This document shows positions 1-13,995 of a DNA stretch of 64,000 nucleotides, in pieces. The notes beneath the pieces are model-generated. The model worked only from the letters and a program-made list of their open reading frames with translations. It did not search any database and was not told the DNA's origin. This stretch comes from Octopus sinensis. Taxonomy: Eukaryota. Made by a program: the position numbers and the translations under genes. Location: the NCBI RefSeq assembly GCF_006345805.1, contig NC_043003.1:33790001-33854000 (forward strand). Direction: 5' to 3'. The number at the start of each line of letters is the position of its first letter. Within the stretch, counting starts at the first letter, position 1.

Positions 1-485
1 AAGCAATGGCAGAAACAGCATCGTCTGTCTGAAAAATGTTCTTATCTACACGCAATGCTAGACAGGAGGATTGAATGCTTACCTAAGAAAAAAAAAACCT
101 GAAAAACAAAAAATTAAACAGAGAATATTGGAATATAGGACTATTGGAATAAATCTTGAGATATATAAACAGACATTTATTTGACTGTTGAGAATATTGG
201 AACAACTCCATGAATTTCCTTACACCTACCTCTTTGCAGGTTATGTCAATAAATCTAGTTAAATGGAATACAACATGCATGTAGGATATAATTACATTGC
301 TGTACATTATAACTACATATCTGTGGTATTTCACTACACAGTTACACATTATATAGTTACTATTTCACTGAATATTGTACATTATGCTGTAAAAGTTCGC
401 TACAACTGTATCATTTAAGTACTGCTCATCTAGAGCAAATAATTGTAACACTAAAATTACTTACCTTTTATATTTTCTTTTATCG

Positions 486-800
486 GTTTCAGCCATAAAA
501 CTGCAGCTATGATGGGGCACTGCCTCAAAGAATTTTTAGTTGAATGAATCGACTCCAGTACTTTTCTTTTCAGAGCCTTGTCTAATCGGACTCTTTTTTG
601 CCGAATCGCTGATTACGAGGGACGTAAACCAAACGAACCAACACCAGTTGACAAGCGCTGGTGAGACCCCCCCACACACACACACTCACACACACATACA
701 CACACATGATGTGCTTCTTTTTCAGTTTCTGTCTAACAAACCCACTTACAAGGCTTTGGTCGGCCCGAGTCTATAGCAGAAGACACTTGCTCAAAGTGTC
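486..800 (-). mobile_element. tRNA/CORE-type SINE family A, degenerate copy lacking most of its head
   Basis: Matches the other family A copies in the window (17545, 29739, 54032): GTTTCAG..CTGC.GC.ATG, an internal (CA)n, then CTTCTTTTTCAGTTTC..ACAAGGCTTTGGTCGGCCCGAG..GAAGACACTTGC. Confidence 0.85.
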
Positions 801-1564
801 TTGTACATCTAGAGTAGCTAATTATAATTGCATAACAGTACCTTTTACAATAAAAATGTAATACAAAATTCCTCGCCAAACAGCAATATTCTGCATGTAA
901 CTTATTATAAAGCACTGTATTCGCAAGTAACATTATTATAATAACCGTGTATGTAATATACTAAACGTATATGCAGTATTGTCAGGAAACATTCTTCAAT
1001 TTTCATTCGAGATAAAATATCTCATAGATCTACTGCGTTAAAAGCACAATATATTCATATAAATTGGAGGAAAGCACAAAATCGTCCCGGCAGAAGCTGG
1101 TTATAACGCCAGATGCAGTTCAGACTTCTTGAGCTTCGTACTTGAAGCCATATGCCTTGATATAATCTCTCGCATACGATATACAAAAAGCAATACTACT
1201 TTCGCTGATATTAGGAAGAGTTACAAAGTAGAATAAAAATAGGTGCACGCAATTTAGCAGTATTAAATTATGTCATCTGTCTATCACTCCTAAAATATAT
1301 GCACAGGAGAGAGGTAAGATGCAGCAATTTTTGTCCGCGATAAAACTTTCGAAATGTTTCCATTCAAGTATGTTCTAATTCAATATTCTACAAGCTGTTA
1401 TTTATAGCATTATTTACTTCAAGGCTCCCCCATTAAAAAATATTTACTTAATAAAGATTCTTCAATTAGCATGAAAATTATAAAATACATATGTTTGTCA
1501 AACATGTTACATAATAGTAAAAAGTGGGGCAATATCATAATATATTAATATATCAATGGGAGAT

Positions 1565-1717
1565 GTCTTTACGTTCTGAGTTCAAATACCACCGAGGTCG
1601 ATTTTGCTGTTTTAGCTTTTCAGGATCGACAAAATAAGTACCAGCTGAGTACTGCTTTCAATGTAATTGACTTAACCTCGCCCCACAACTTGCTGGCCTC
1701 GTGCCATAATTTGAAAT
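1565..1717 (+). mobile_element. tRNA-derived SINE family B, 5'-truncated
   Basis: TTACGTTCTGAGTTCAAATACCACCGAGGTCGA (B-box region), then GATCGACAAAATAAGTACCAG and GCTGGCCTCGTGCCATAATTTGAA. Homologous to the copies at 30373 and 54533. Confidence 0.8.
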
Positions 1718-1879
1718 TTATGGACGGAAGTTTGAAAAATATAAATAAACGTGCAATGATTATGATAACAATGGAAGAGGTTGTTACAAAAACACAATAA
1801 TTCTAGAAAGCTTACAATATAGTAATGCCATCGATCTGAGTACTTAAAAGACACTCTGTTATCGATTCTGAAGAGCTGA

Positions 1880-1945
1880 AAAAGGGAGGTTGACCTCGAG
1901 GGAATTTGAACTCAGAAAGCTAGGAGGCAGATAAAATACCATTAT
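1880..1945 (-). mobile_element. SINE family B fragment (head region)
   Basis: GTTGACCTCGAGGGAATTTGAACTCAGAA is the reverse complement of the family B B-box segment. Confidence 0.55.
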
Positions 1946-2739
1946 CAATTTTGTCCAGTACAAGGGAAACCTATGAAGGGAGTATTACTGAGACATTAAC
2001 CTCTCCTCAGAAAAGAAGCGATCCATCTTGGGACGATCAATTAAAACTATTTATTGATTCCAAATACCTATCTACCTAGATTAAATGCTTTGTCGCAATG
2101 CCTGCGTCGTAACGCAGATCCCCTCCCTCCACATACTCAAGTTTCTTTTCGAGTTAAAACTTGAGAAGTCTACGAGGGTTTAAATTAAGTGTCTGCATTC
2201 CGTCCTTTTTTTTGTTTCATCCGTAACGTAGATTTTCTAAGTAAGACAGAGGGGGAAACTGCCAATCCTTCTCGGTTGAAAGATGCTGTGGGGTGATATT
2301 CATAACACATTAATTTGAGCGGCGGTCATGCGATAACTCCGACAATATTTATTCACCATAGTTCCACAAGTGCATAGAATGATGACCAATAGAAGAGGCA
2401 GAAATTTATAACAGGTAAAGTATGGTACATTTGCCACCGTTGCCCAACATTTAGGGATAACTTTCCATCCAATAATTTTTAGCAAAACTTTACACCCTGT
2501 TCGTAACTCCGGCCAGTTCTGATCTACGTTGAGATCTGGTCTGAACTAAGCTTCAAACAACTTAATCATCCCTACGGCATGAATTTGCTGTACAGTGTTC
2601 GGATACCAAGCCTGCCCACTTGTCTCAGTTAATCTAGTTTCTTCTATATCCATTGTAATCCTTCAGAATGGTTTTGATCTTTTGGATGATGTGGTATCTG
2701 CAAACCAGACCCATTAAACGGCTTTCGTTTCCTTGAAGT

Positions 2740-3805
2740 CTGTTAGTGGTTTCTAGGTTTTACACGAAACGTTCTGCATTCTAGTGCTAGCGAGCGACTG
2801 GAACATCATCTTAATAGGTGGATATCATCTGGATAGGTTGGGGCTAGCCAGTAGGACAGAGGGTGTAAAAGCCTCACAAACCAGCTCAGCCACAAACCAG
2901 CTCAGTCACAAACCAGCTAAGCCTTGTCAACTGGCTAACAAGTATCGGCTAGATTTCTCGAATCTGCCTGTGTGAACATGGACGACCATCATTAGATGGT
3001 CTAGATCGTATGAAGATAGAATATTCCGTAGGCTAGTAGATAGAAGTAGCATAGGTTGTCCACAATTCAAAGTCATCGGCTACATAAACCACACATTTGT
3101 GACCTGTACGCCGCATCAAGCTTTCAGAGACCAGGATAGCAAGTTAATAGGAAGTTGTCGGGGCAACCGTCATCAACCTATCAATAGCCCTCAAAAAGGC
3201 TCTTAGAGTACAGGTCTTTCGGTTTAGTAAAAAAATCGCCGTTAGAGGAATCTAGAATAGAAGGAGCCCTACTTAAGAAACTAGATGTGGTACTTAGCAG
3301 AGGCACAGCGACCGATGTGCTGGTGGCGAGATTGAAACTTGATCAATTTTTCAGTGACAAACACGAGGGGCTAAAATCCATTCGATGGGTTCGCGTAGCA
3401 GAAGCGCAATGTAGAGACGAAACCACAATTCGGTCTTTCACGGGTTTGTACTAGCTCTTGTTACTCGAATCAAAGCAGATATATGGGGAATTTCAGTGTC
3501 ACTTAGTTGACCTCTAAGATCATGCAGTGGGGTTGCAGCTCGACTTCTGCTTCGACGGTGTGCCGTGCCTTTCGGCCACAGATGCGGGGTTCTGCGAAAT
3601 GCATATAACAGCGGAGGATATGCGATACGCGATGACTAGCTGCAGAAAGGAGAAGTCGCCGAGACTGGACGGTCTACTCGCCAAGTTTTATTTCCATATA
3701 CCAGACTTGTTCAGCAATCTATAGGTGGATGTTTACCACAACTAGAAAGAGAACACAAGAGTTCCCATTGGGTGTGTGGGAGAAGTGGAGTGACTTTGAG
3801 TCGAG
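2740..3805 (+). mobile_element. L1/Tx1-like LINE relic (APE endonuclease C-terminus through linker to RT N-terminus)
   Basis: Manual translation gives LVLASDWN (GDWN motif), TWT..SRSYEDRIF, GCPQFKVIGYINHTFVTCT (SDH-equivalent) and ITAEDMRYAMTSCRKEKSPRLDGLLAKFY (KSPGxDG motif). Many stops and frameshifts. Confidence 0.8.
2875..2922. repeat. 16-bp tandem repeat x3 inside the Tx1 relic
   Basis: CACAAACCAGCTCAGC / CACAAACCAGCTCAGT / CACAAACCAGCTAAGC. Confidence 0.9.
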
Positions 3806-4139
3806 TGATAGAACAACGTAGGTATGTGTATATGAGCATATGTCTGTGCGTCCGTAATGTTGGGAGGTATGTATGTATAATGACGTGAAACAGTCGTCTA
3901 TGATCTATCAGCGTGCCAGAGAGCAAAATAGCGGCATGCTGAGATGAATTAACATTGACATTTTGTCTAAACACCCGAGAGACTCGTCGTTTCGACATAT
4001 ATGCGATACTGTTCTCATAAATGAGATATTACCAAGCCGAACAAGATCAACAATGCCGCTGTTACTGTCTTCATAATATGAATAGATGTGCGTGTTCAGT
4101 GGGTGGGTGCGCACGTATGTGATGGAATAGGCACGTATA

Positions 4140-4329
4140 TAAAGGGTGGTGCTAGAACGACGGCAGGGTGCATGGAAAACCATACAAATAAATACATGTA
4201 AATATTTACAATTCCAAAAAGACATCTATACGTATGCATGCATGCATGCACACACTTGCTCGCATGTAGGTATAGGAAGGTCATATAAGGTAGGAATAGA
4301 AAAAGAGCAAGATACGAGGAAATCCATGC

Positions 4330-4370
<41 letters not shown>

Positions 4371-5040
4371 ATATATATACATACAGCTGTATGGATCCAT
4401 TTGTAAACAAACATACACAACATTACACATTCACATGCACGCGTGGACGGGAGGGCGCGGACGGTACGCACTCATACGCACAACTATACTCACAAACACA
4501 GAGAAATGCAGGAACACGAAATGATAGACATCTCACACGCGCGCACACACACACACACACCATGCATACACACGTACACCATACACATCAAACGGACACA
4601 CGGACGGGCACAGACTGCACGAACGCACACACTCGCACTATACATACGCACACGCACAAAAATGAACGTACACACACACACACATACAAAAACGCAGGAA
4701 TATGAAATTGCACACGTCCACAAACACACACCATATATGCACACGTACACACACTGAGATGCAAAGGCGTGTGAGTACACATACACACATACACACGTAC
4801 ACTCAAACAGAGTATTGCTCAGGAATGCGCACGCATACACAAGAACGCACATAAACAAGCATAAAGACAAACGCTTACCTATTCAAAAATATATTAATCT
4901 GCACGCTCTCAGAGATACACACGCGCACACGCACACACGCACACACACACATACACAAACACACACACACATACTCACACACAAACGTATGCAAACAGCC
5001 ACACTCACAAAACCGACTCCCCACTCAAACATGCACACTT
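4140..5040. repeat. Degenerate (CA)n/(TA)n low-complexity tract
   Basis: Long interrupted CACA/TACA/TATA runs. This is the source of the His/Thr-rich ORFs. Confidence 0.85.
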
Positions 5041-5749
5041 GACCACATACTCACACATACCCCAATCTCCGCCCGCACACATCACGCATGCTCTCCCTGC
5101 GCCTCCCACTTTCCACTTTAGGAACCACATCTATAAAATCTTTTAACGTATGTCAAGGATATCCCAGCAGATCTGAGACGGAACTGACCTTGAAGAAAAG
5201 TGCGAACCTTTAGAGAGATTATAGATAGTTAATGCAAATACGCACACCCCTCCGCAAAAAGAGTTGTTCACGCAGATCCACACATAATTGCATGCTTTGT
5301 CGTTTACTCTCACCATAACCTTTACATCTGAGCAAACACAAATCTACACACACACACATATAGACACACATACACACAGGCACAAATCGAATTCTGGGAC
5401 AGTCTCGAACTCAGAGCAGACCTTGAAAAGTTTGCGAATAGTGACGAAAGAACTTTGATTAACAAACAACCGACTGATTTTTTAACAGGCGCATTAAACA
5501 AACGATTGATTAGTTAGTTCTTTAGCTAGTTATTTAAATAATTGAAAACGACGAAGTGATATAGAACCAGTGCGTGTTTTACTATTTATTGTTTATGTAC
5601 TTTATTGATTTGTAGAATAATGTTTTCTATAGTATATTTAATTTTTTTCTATATGGTGTGAATAACGTTTTCACTATTGAATTGCTTAATACAGGTTTTT
5701 CTCTAAATTAAATATATATATATATATATATATTAGATCACTAGAAATA

Positions 5750-6260
5750 AAGTCTGGTCATAGAGTGACCAATGGCTTCGCATAAACGAAAGCTGCAAAC
5801 TTGGACAGCACATCATACTCTATACGAAGACAAATTCAACTCTGCACCTCACAGAGGAGGAGAAACGCTGTGGTCAACTGGTCAAACGTCTATCAGAGAA
5901 AAAAGCCATTAGTGAGTTCGGATTATTTCCCCTGCATTATCAATTAATTGGAAATGGAGTTCAATTTCGTAAGGTCCCTTAGGAGCCTCATCAGCGAACG
6001 GAGAATCTCAATTTTGCAGGCGATAGCACTTGAAATGAACACATTTTGTACCTATTTCTTTACGAGTGTTCAGTGAGGCAGGCCTAGCATAGTTTTTAAG
6101 AATTTTGGCTCGATCAGCAATGCTGATATTGTAGTGGTTGCTCCCATTAGTATAGGCGCCTTGTTGTTTCTAAGATCTTCCAGCTAATATTATATGGGTG
6201 TCCCTTGATATTGAATGGGGCTACACATGGCTGGCCATTGGTCACTCTATGGCCAGACTT
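5750..6260. mobile_element. MITE with 27-bp TIRs (TA or TTAA target)
   Basis: Left end AAGTCTGGTCATAGAGTGACCAATGGC (5750-5776) and right end GCCATTGGTCACTCTATGGCCAGACTT (6234-6260) are inverted repeats with 1 mismatch. TA lies immediately outside both ends (ATAA/TTAA if read as a 4-bp site). Confidence 0.85.
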
Positions 6261-6363
6261 TAACTTTTGTGATTTAATATTTTACTGCTCTATTCTTTAC
6301 AGAGTGCTTCTTATTTAGATATATAAATATAAATATATATATACATAAATATGTATATATATA

Positions 6364-6428
<65 letters not shown>

Positions 6429-6552
6429 ATATTTTTAGTATACTTTTTGATACGACGTCAGAGATAGACTCATACAGCACACAAACGCGCAAGTGCGTGC
6501 AAGTGTACACAAACACTCTCACCTCTCTGTATATATATATACATACACACAT

Positions 6553-6585
<33 letters not shown>

Positions 6586-7009
6586 CGTTTACATCTATAT
6601 GCAAATATATACCCATTCATGTGTGTATATATGTGTCTAACACACACAAACATACATGGGCATGTGCGTTTTTATATATAGCCGTAAAAATAGCAAAATG
6701 CGAATTCTATAACTTCACGAATGATAAAAATATAAGTAAATTCTCACAGCATTATGCACAGACACACATATTCGTGGATGTATATGCGTGAGCATGTATG
6801 TATATGGGTTTGTGCTGTGGTATGTTCATGTGTACATATACTTTTGAGTATTTAAGTTGTTTTTTTTTCATAGGTGAGCAGATCTAACTATAAATATGTA
6901 TATTTACGCGCAATATACGTGCCAACGAATAATGCATCACACAAAAGCAAGTAAGGAAATTTTGAAGGAAAGCCTCACAAAACTAAAATATTGTAAAATA
7001 ATAACTATG

Positions 7010-7012
7010 TGA

Positions 7013-7060
<48 letters not shown>

Positions 7061-7137
7061 TTAAAGACAATAATACTAACAACTAAAGCAACAACAACTA
7101 CGACAAGAACAACGACGACAGCAACAACAATAATAAC

Positions 7138-7178
<41 letters not shown>

Positions 7179-7289
7179 CAACGAGGTAAATATGTGCATG
7201 AAGGAAAAGAATCCAAGGAGAAGAAGTAGAAGAATAAGAAGACGAAGAGGAAGTAGAAGAAGAAGAAGAAGAAGAAGAAGAAGAAGAAG

Positions 7290-7326
<37 letters not shown>

Positions 7327-7445
7327 GCAAGATGAAGGAGAAGAAGAAGAAGAAGAAGAAGAAGAAGAAGAAGAAGAAGAAGAAAGAGAAAAAGAAGTAA
7401 AAGAAGAAGAACAAGAAGAAAATAGGAATAACAATAATAATAATA
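7010..7445. repeat. Compound trinucleotide tract (GAT)n-(AAC)-(AAT)n-(GAA)n-(CAA)n-(GAA)n
   Basis: Directly visible in the sequence. Confidence 0.95.
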
Positions 7446-8039
7446 TATTTCATATCTTTAAATAAACTTACCAAAATTTGATCGGATCAAAAATCTCTGA
7501 GATAAAAAGTAATAAAGAAAAATGAATTGCATAAAATTTGAAGCATATCATAGGAATCCGATATATGCTTTTTTTATTTATTTATTTGCTTCTTATTAGG
7601 GTTTTGTTCCTCTTATTTGCTCTACGGAGTGTACGCCTTTGTTGATATCAGTATGTATTGCTTGAAAAGCATGTGGAGGTGTGTGTATGTGTTTGTGTAT
7701 GCGCGTGTTGCAAGAAAGAAAAATGTCTTCCTGGTAGATTTGCAGCATATAAGAAAAAAATATATATTTTTAAATATTTCGTTAAAGACGCATATTTGAT
7801 ACTATTTACGAAATTATCTTTTATTTTCTCCGGTTCAGCAATTTTCTCTCTCGCGCGCGCACTTTCTCTCTCGCTCTCTCTCGCTCTCTCTCTCTCTCTC
7901 TCTATCACTATGCACACACACACACACACACACATAACATATAAGTATATACATATACACACACACACAAACATATATATACAAATACTTGCATATATAT
8001 ATATGTGTGTATGTATATATACATATATGTATGTGTTTA

Positions 8040-8084
<45 letters not shown>

Positions 8085-8404
8085 ATATATACATATAAAT
8101 TTTTGTATAACTATTTCTAAAGATATAAGATATGTGTGTATATTTACACACACACACACACATGCACACACATACATATATACACACATATATATATGTG
8201 TATGTATGTATGAATGTATAAATACACACCAATGTGTGTGTGTGTGAGTATGTGTGTGTGTGTGTGTGCATGTGCTCATAGATAAATGTATATAGACAGA
8301 CAAATATTATTGAGCACTTTCCTGATAACTTACCACGTTTTGATTAGTTTTACTGTGCGATATTCTTCACCTGTATATCTTACACAATTATGCATATCTG
8401 CATG

Positions 8405-8557
8405 CATACATGAATACATACATACACACCCATGATCATACATACATGCATATATACATACATACATACATACATACATACATACATACATACATACATA
8501 CATTCATACATATATACATACATGCATACATACACACATACATACATACATACATAC

Positions 8558-8588
<31 letters not shown>

Positions 8589-8645
8589 CATACATACATA
8601 CATACATACATACATACATACATACATACATACATACTACATACG
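8405..8645. repeat. (ACAT)n tetranucleotide microsatellite
   Basis: Directly visible in the sequence. Confidence 0.95.
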
Positions 8646-9014
8646 TGCATGCGTTTATGCATAAGATGCATATATTCAAATAAGAGAATTGATTTCTCTT
8701 TCGATATTTCATATGGGTAGGGAAAAAGCTGAAAATTTGAAAGTGGTCTTTTGACCAATCCTTTGTATTTGTTCTTATTCTTTGTGTTTCCACCTGTTCT
8801 AGTTTTTTTTTCATAAAAATACTATTGTTTTCTTGTATTATTCCTTATTGTCCTCATTATTTCATTGTTTTAAAGTTTATATATTGTCATTTAACATACC
8901 ACAACTAGCAGCTGAAACAAATTCTTGATGCCCCATTTTCCTTTGTGTAGAGCATGTACCTAAATGAGAATGCAGTACAGTTTATACTCTCGCTCAAGCA
9001 TCTTAGTACGATCT

Positions 9015-9470
9015 TCATCTGTCATATCCAGTTGTGCGCAGGATTTTCTTAAATACCTTACTTAATTCGTTCTCAGGTATAGCGTCAACAAACATTACAC
9101 TGCGAAACTTCTTGTTATCATACCAAGTATTGCTTTTATTTCCTTTGTTGGTGTCCCTCTCCAGCCCATTCCAGAACTTGTTGCGGTATATGAGGCATAT
9201 ACCGTTTTCGTCATCTCTTAGAGTGCGTTCGAATCTTGTTTTCGCTCCCTTGTACACTCTGATCCTATCGTACTGTGTGTATCCGGAACGTTGCATTCGG
9301 AATATGTAGTGCTGGAAGTGTTGTTGTCGTTCTTGTGGTTGGCATAGTGGGGACACATTCCCCATTACTCTAAGTCTGCCACGAGGATGTTGATTCTGGT
9401 AGTACTTGACATCGCTGAGTCACTACGGATTACCAGTGGATTAGCCATAGGTTTACAATAGTGTGAGTGG
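9015..9470 (-). mobile_element. Penelope-like element fragment (RT thumb and linker)
   Basis: HSHYCKPMANPLVIRSDSAMSSTTRINILV, a frameshift, then GNVSPLC..RMQRSGY..DDENGICLIYRNKFW..KSNTWY..SVMFVDAIPENEL. This resembles the PLE region between RT and GIY-YIG. Confidence 0.7.
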
Positions 9471-9472
9471 AG

Positions 9473-9525
<53 letters not shown>

Positions 9526-9885
9526 ATACAACCTTCAACAGAGTAACAGTCATGAACAGGCACATATCAGTACATAAACATACGTTCACATATACTCTTG
9601 TACACATACACAGACACGTCTACACACTTATTTAAAAACTTACGTACATACATATAGGCATGTACACATACTCATACGCACATACATGTACACACATACA
9701 TACACACATACATACGTACATATATATAATGAACTAACTGTTACTTTCTCTGATGCAGCACGAATTTTTGTCAGTGGTCTCAAAGCGACGGAAATATTTT
9801 GGCAAATTAAATTAAAATTTTGAAGTGAATCTAACGGTTTTCGTCTGTTTTAAATGGCTTATAAACACCTTCCACGCTGCAATTG

Positions 9886-9954
<69 letters not shown>

Positions 9955-10079
9955 CCACCCGTAATGAGGACAATAACCCTTTGTTTCGCCTTAATATATA
10001 CTATCAGATGATAATTTAATTCGATTATACATTCATTGTAGAATGGTTTTATTATAACCACCTTAACATTATGCTTAGG

Positions 10080-10600
10080 AAAGGCCTTATGAGCTTTCTC
10101 TTATAGAGTAAAGTATCCTAATATTAGATTTTAAGTTTAATTTCTATTCTCATCCTATATATTGATTCAATTTTTTTTCTAAGTTTAATATAATGAAATT
10201 GCTAAGTTATGAATTACTACATCCCATATCCCTCAATTTTAATTCTATCCCTTAGTGCTTATATTACTTATCTCTTTTGTTTTTCATTTTATTCCCCCTT
10301 TATTTGATAATCTAAATAAGTATTAGCCACTCCTATCCTTCCTTCTTCTAGTTATCACCTCTTCCCCATCAATCATTCTCTTACTAGCAGCTCTGAGACA
10401 TATAATTTTATGTAGATAAAGCTGGAGATAGGGTTCCAGTAAAATAAGGGTCTGGGAGACAGTCTTTTATTAATTGATTTATCACCATCAGCTAGAGCAC
10501 TGTTGACAAATCCCAATTGATTTAATTCTAAATGGTTGTCGAGCACATATCCTGTATAAAATCTTCTAAATTATAAATAACTATCTTACAACTCCTATAA
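10080..10600 (-). mobile_element. Highly degenerate non-LTR RT relic
   Basis: Stop-riddled frames with SQTLILLEPYLQ (like SPxLFxLxLEP) and YKH*GIEL (like YKYLGI). Confidence 0.35.
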
Positions 10601-11354
10601 CTTCCCCCCCCCAGATGTACGAGTGGTAATTATCGTAGGCGTATTAAGATATGCATTATTTTCTAAACTCATTCTGCCAGAAATATAACATAACGAGACA
10701 ATGCAATTATTTTGGTTTCTAATATTGATATAAATTTGTTAAAAAGGTTTACACTTTACGTTGGAAATCTGCATGATCATCTACGTCTGAGCAGTTTCTT
10801 TCAAATTGAGGTAATGTTTTCATTGATCGATTAAATGGAGCCGCTCGAAACGGCCGTAATGTATTGATATCTGGACATCCTTGTTACTTGTTTACAATCT
10901 GTGCACCTAACTGGCAGCTACGCAGACTACACCAAACTGGCTTAGTGCCTCAATTAAAGTACCTAATTCAACTGTATCTTAATTATAAACAAATAAATAA
11001 ATAATAAGTGTGTGTGTATGAATTTATGTATGAATGTATGTATGAGTTCTGGAGCCTTCCCTGTGTTGGATCTGGAAGATAGAGTGGACCGTGATACTGG
11101 ACACGGGAGTATGTATATACTACAAAATATAAAAAAGAGAGAACGCATAAGATAAATATATATATATTTCACCATTTGATTCCATATAACGACGATTGAT
11201 TCGCAGCCTTTATCATATAAAATCACTCGCTTGTTTTGTTTTGATTTATTATGTAGCTTGTAACCTGATCGATTAAAGGAGGTTTTATATGAGTACCTCC
11301 GGTTTAGTTTAATCCATAGATTGTGCATTAAATTTATATGTATATATAATAAAT

Positions 11355-11359
<5 letters not shown>

Positions 11360-11405
<46 letters not shown>
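11360..11405. repeat. (AG)n microsatellite
   Basis: Directly visible in the sequence. Confidence 0.95.
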
Positions 11406-11408
<3 letters not shown>

Positions 11409-11661
11409 GAAGAAAGTGTAAAGACAAAACTTTGGGAAAAGAAAAGAAATAAACCACCAGTATTATAAACTTCACAGTCAAGGAAATGAAAAACTGTTAT
11501 GGATATACCGTTTCGAATGTTTTCCTTCACTGTGTAGGGGAAAAGAAGGGAGGAAAAAGCAGAAAAGCCAACTGGAAAGGGAAGATAGAAGTAGAATTAA
11601 AAAGTGCAAAATTTGTCTAAAGAAGTTTGAAGGAGCTGGTTTCCTTGTTAGCCGCAGACAG

Positions 11662-11671
11662 ACCGGAAGTG
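11662..11671 (+). promoter_or_regulatory. Consensus ETS/GABP-type site (possible promoter element)
   Basis: ACCGGAAGTG in non-repeat sequence. A single motif with no other promoter support. Confidence 0.25.
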
Positions 11672-12537
11672 AAGTGTAGAGTAATGGGGTAATTTGAGGA
11701 AGAAACTAGAATATACGAAGCTATGTCCGTGTGATGCAGTATTACAACATGTCTGTTTTTCTCTGTGAATAGTTACTATATACGTACTTCTTTATGGGTA
11801 TATCTGATATTTGTGTTGTGTGTGTTCCATGGGTTTCATATGTAGGCAATCTGTGTGCTTATTTGTGTGTGTGTACTTGTGTGTGTGTACTTGTGTGTAT
11901 GTGTATGTGCTTATGTGTATAAGATAGAGAGAAAGAGAGGGAGAAAGAAAGAGAGACAGACAGAGACAGAACGCAGAATTTTGTCTTGTACTGAGAGTGC
12001 ATCTCTGAATTCGTGTAGATCTGGAATACAGGAAGTAGGAGAGTGGCTGAGAGATGTGTCTGCGTACGTGTTACGGTGTACGTGTGTGAGAAATGTGACA
12101 AAATAATTATTTAATATGTGCACCTGTGAATGTATGTCATGAAGGTGCACAAACCAAAACCTCAAAGTTACTGTGGATTTTTACCTGGTAAATTTGATAA
12201 ATATATACTCAGCTAAATCTCTTGAGTGATCTTCCAGTTTAATGCTAGAGTGTTTTATTTTATGTAACCTGACTGAGAAACAAATATCAATACATTAATA
12301 TATTTACACAGTAACATACACACTACCATGCGCACACACACGTGCGTGCGCACCCCCACACAGACACACGAACAGGCAGACACACGCGCACATGCACATA
12401 TATATATGCTCATGCATCTATATATGTCTATTTATGAGTGATGTTTTAAAAGTAATAGGATGCGACATATACATATCTATTTCTCTCATACGAGAGCAGG
12501 TGAAACCTGTAGGGGTGAAATATATATGGGTGTGTGT

Positions 12538-12570
<33 letters not shown>

Positions 12571-12980
12571 CCATTTTCAATTAGTTTTTAAACCATTATT
12601 ATTTACCTTCTTATAATTGATATAATGTTCTTTACATAGATCGTACTTTTCGTTATTTTTATGAATAAAGATATCTTATATTTGGAATGACACACCCATA
12701 TCTATTCGTATTTCTTTATTCTGTGTGAGTGTGCGTGGGCGCGTGTTTACTTGAGCTTATATGTGTGCGTGTCTTTATGGGATATATGTGAGAATGTATC
12801 TCTACATTTCTTCGAGTGGAAGATTGCACAACTACCTGTGTATTTTTATTTTCCTGCCTGTATGAAGGAGTGGGCGTGACTGAGCATGCGTGTGCATTTT
12901 TTTTTTTTGTGTGTGAGGGTGTATGTTAAATATTCTTCAGTGTTATCTCAATTTTGTTTTGCAGAACTGCGGTTATTAGT

Positions 12981-13085
12981 TGCGTACCCGACACATAATG
13001 TTCTGACAATGATGATTTGTAAAGCCAAGGTTATTCTTGGAAAACCAGACCTAATCTGAGATTCGCCTACTTTTGAAATCATCCA
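12981..13085. repeat. 105-bp direct repeat, copy 1
   Basis: 99/105 identical to 13996-14100. Confidence 0.95.
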
Positions 13086-13995
13086 CATATACTGTTCACA
13101 AAACAATTCATGTTAGATGAAATCCGGACCTCGTGGTCACAGTGGCGTCTCCCTTCATTCCTACGTTATTAATACACGGCCAAATTTAGATCCAAAATTT
13201 TCGGTGTCGTTCCATTTTAACAATATCTTTGATTCGTGGCCAATTTTTGAAATGTAAACATTTACGTCTTAAATATATATATACTGTTGCATTCTCTGCT
13301 TTACTTTATTTTGAGATAATATTGTATAGAATGAATATCGGAACTGCTTATATTTTAAAAGTAAAACAATATTCGTCATTATTATAGCTAATTTGAAAGA
13401 GAAAAGAGCAGAAAAAGCAGAAAAGATGTTCTTAAACCATGTATATATAGATTACTAGTTCTAAATCGGTTTCCATCTGAGTGTATATGCACGGCATTAT
13501 CAAATATGAATATCTTTCGTCCTATAGCTATTGCCTATGATCAGTATATATTCCATTGCAATGTAATCAGTGAAGTAGATAATATAGTGGGGTACTTTAC
13601 CAACGATTATCTTGCATATGTATGACGAACTAAGACGATGCTTAATAGTAAATTTGGTTATTATGAAATAAATGTGAGAGCAAATGTATGGAGTTTATAA
13701 AGTTATTATCATCTACTATACAACTTATCAACTATAGAGGCGCGTGGCGAAACGGTGTTTTCGTTTGCATCCTTGATCGATTGATTGGTTTCGATTGCTG
13801 AACCGGTCACTACGTTATGTTCTTGAACAAAACACGCTGTTTTACGTTGCTCCCGTCCTCTCCGCTGGCAAATATCAGTAAGTCTGCAACGGACCGGCTT
13901 CCCACACAAGAATGGGAGATTTATGCGTCACAGAATCCAGGGAAAATCTCTCAAGAAGGAAGGAAATCAAATAAATCAATAATATGCATTCACGA

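Noticed and set aside
2171-2700. Possible mariner end (TACGAGGG) and a GWKVIP motif
   Set aside because: No second TIR found and no SPDLAP/DDD motif, so it is too degenerate to call.
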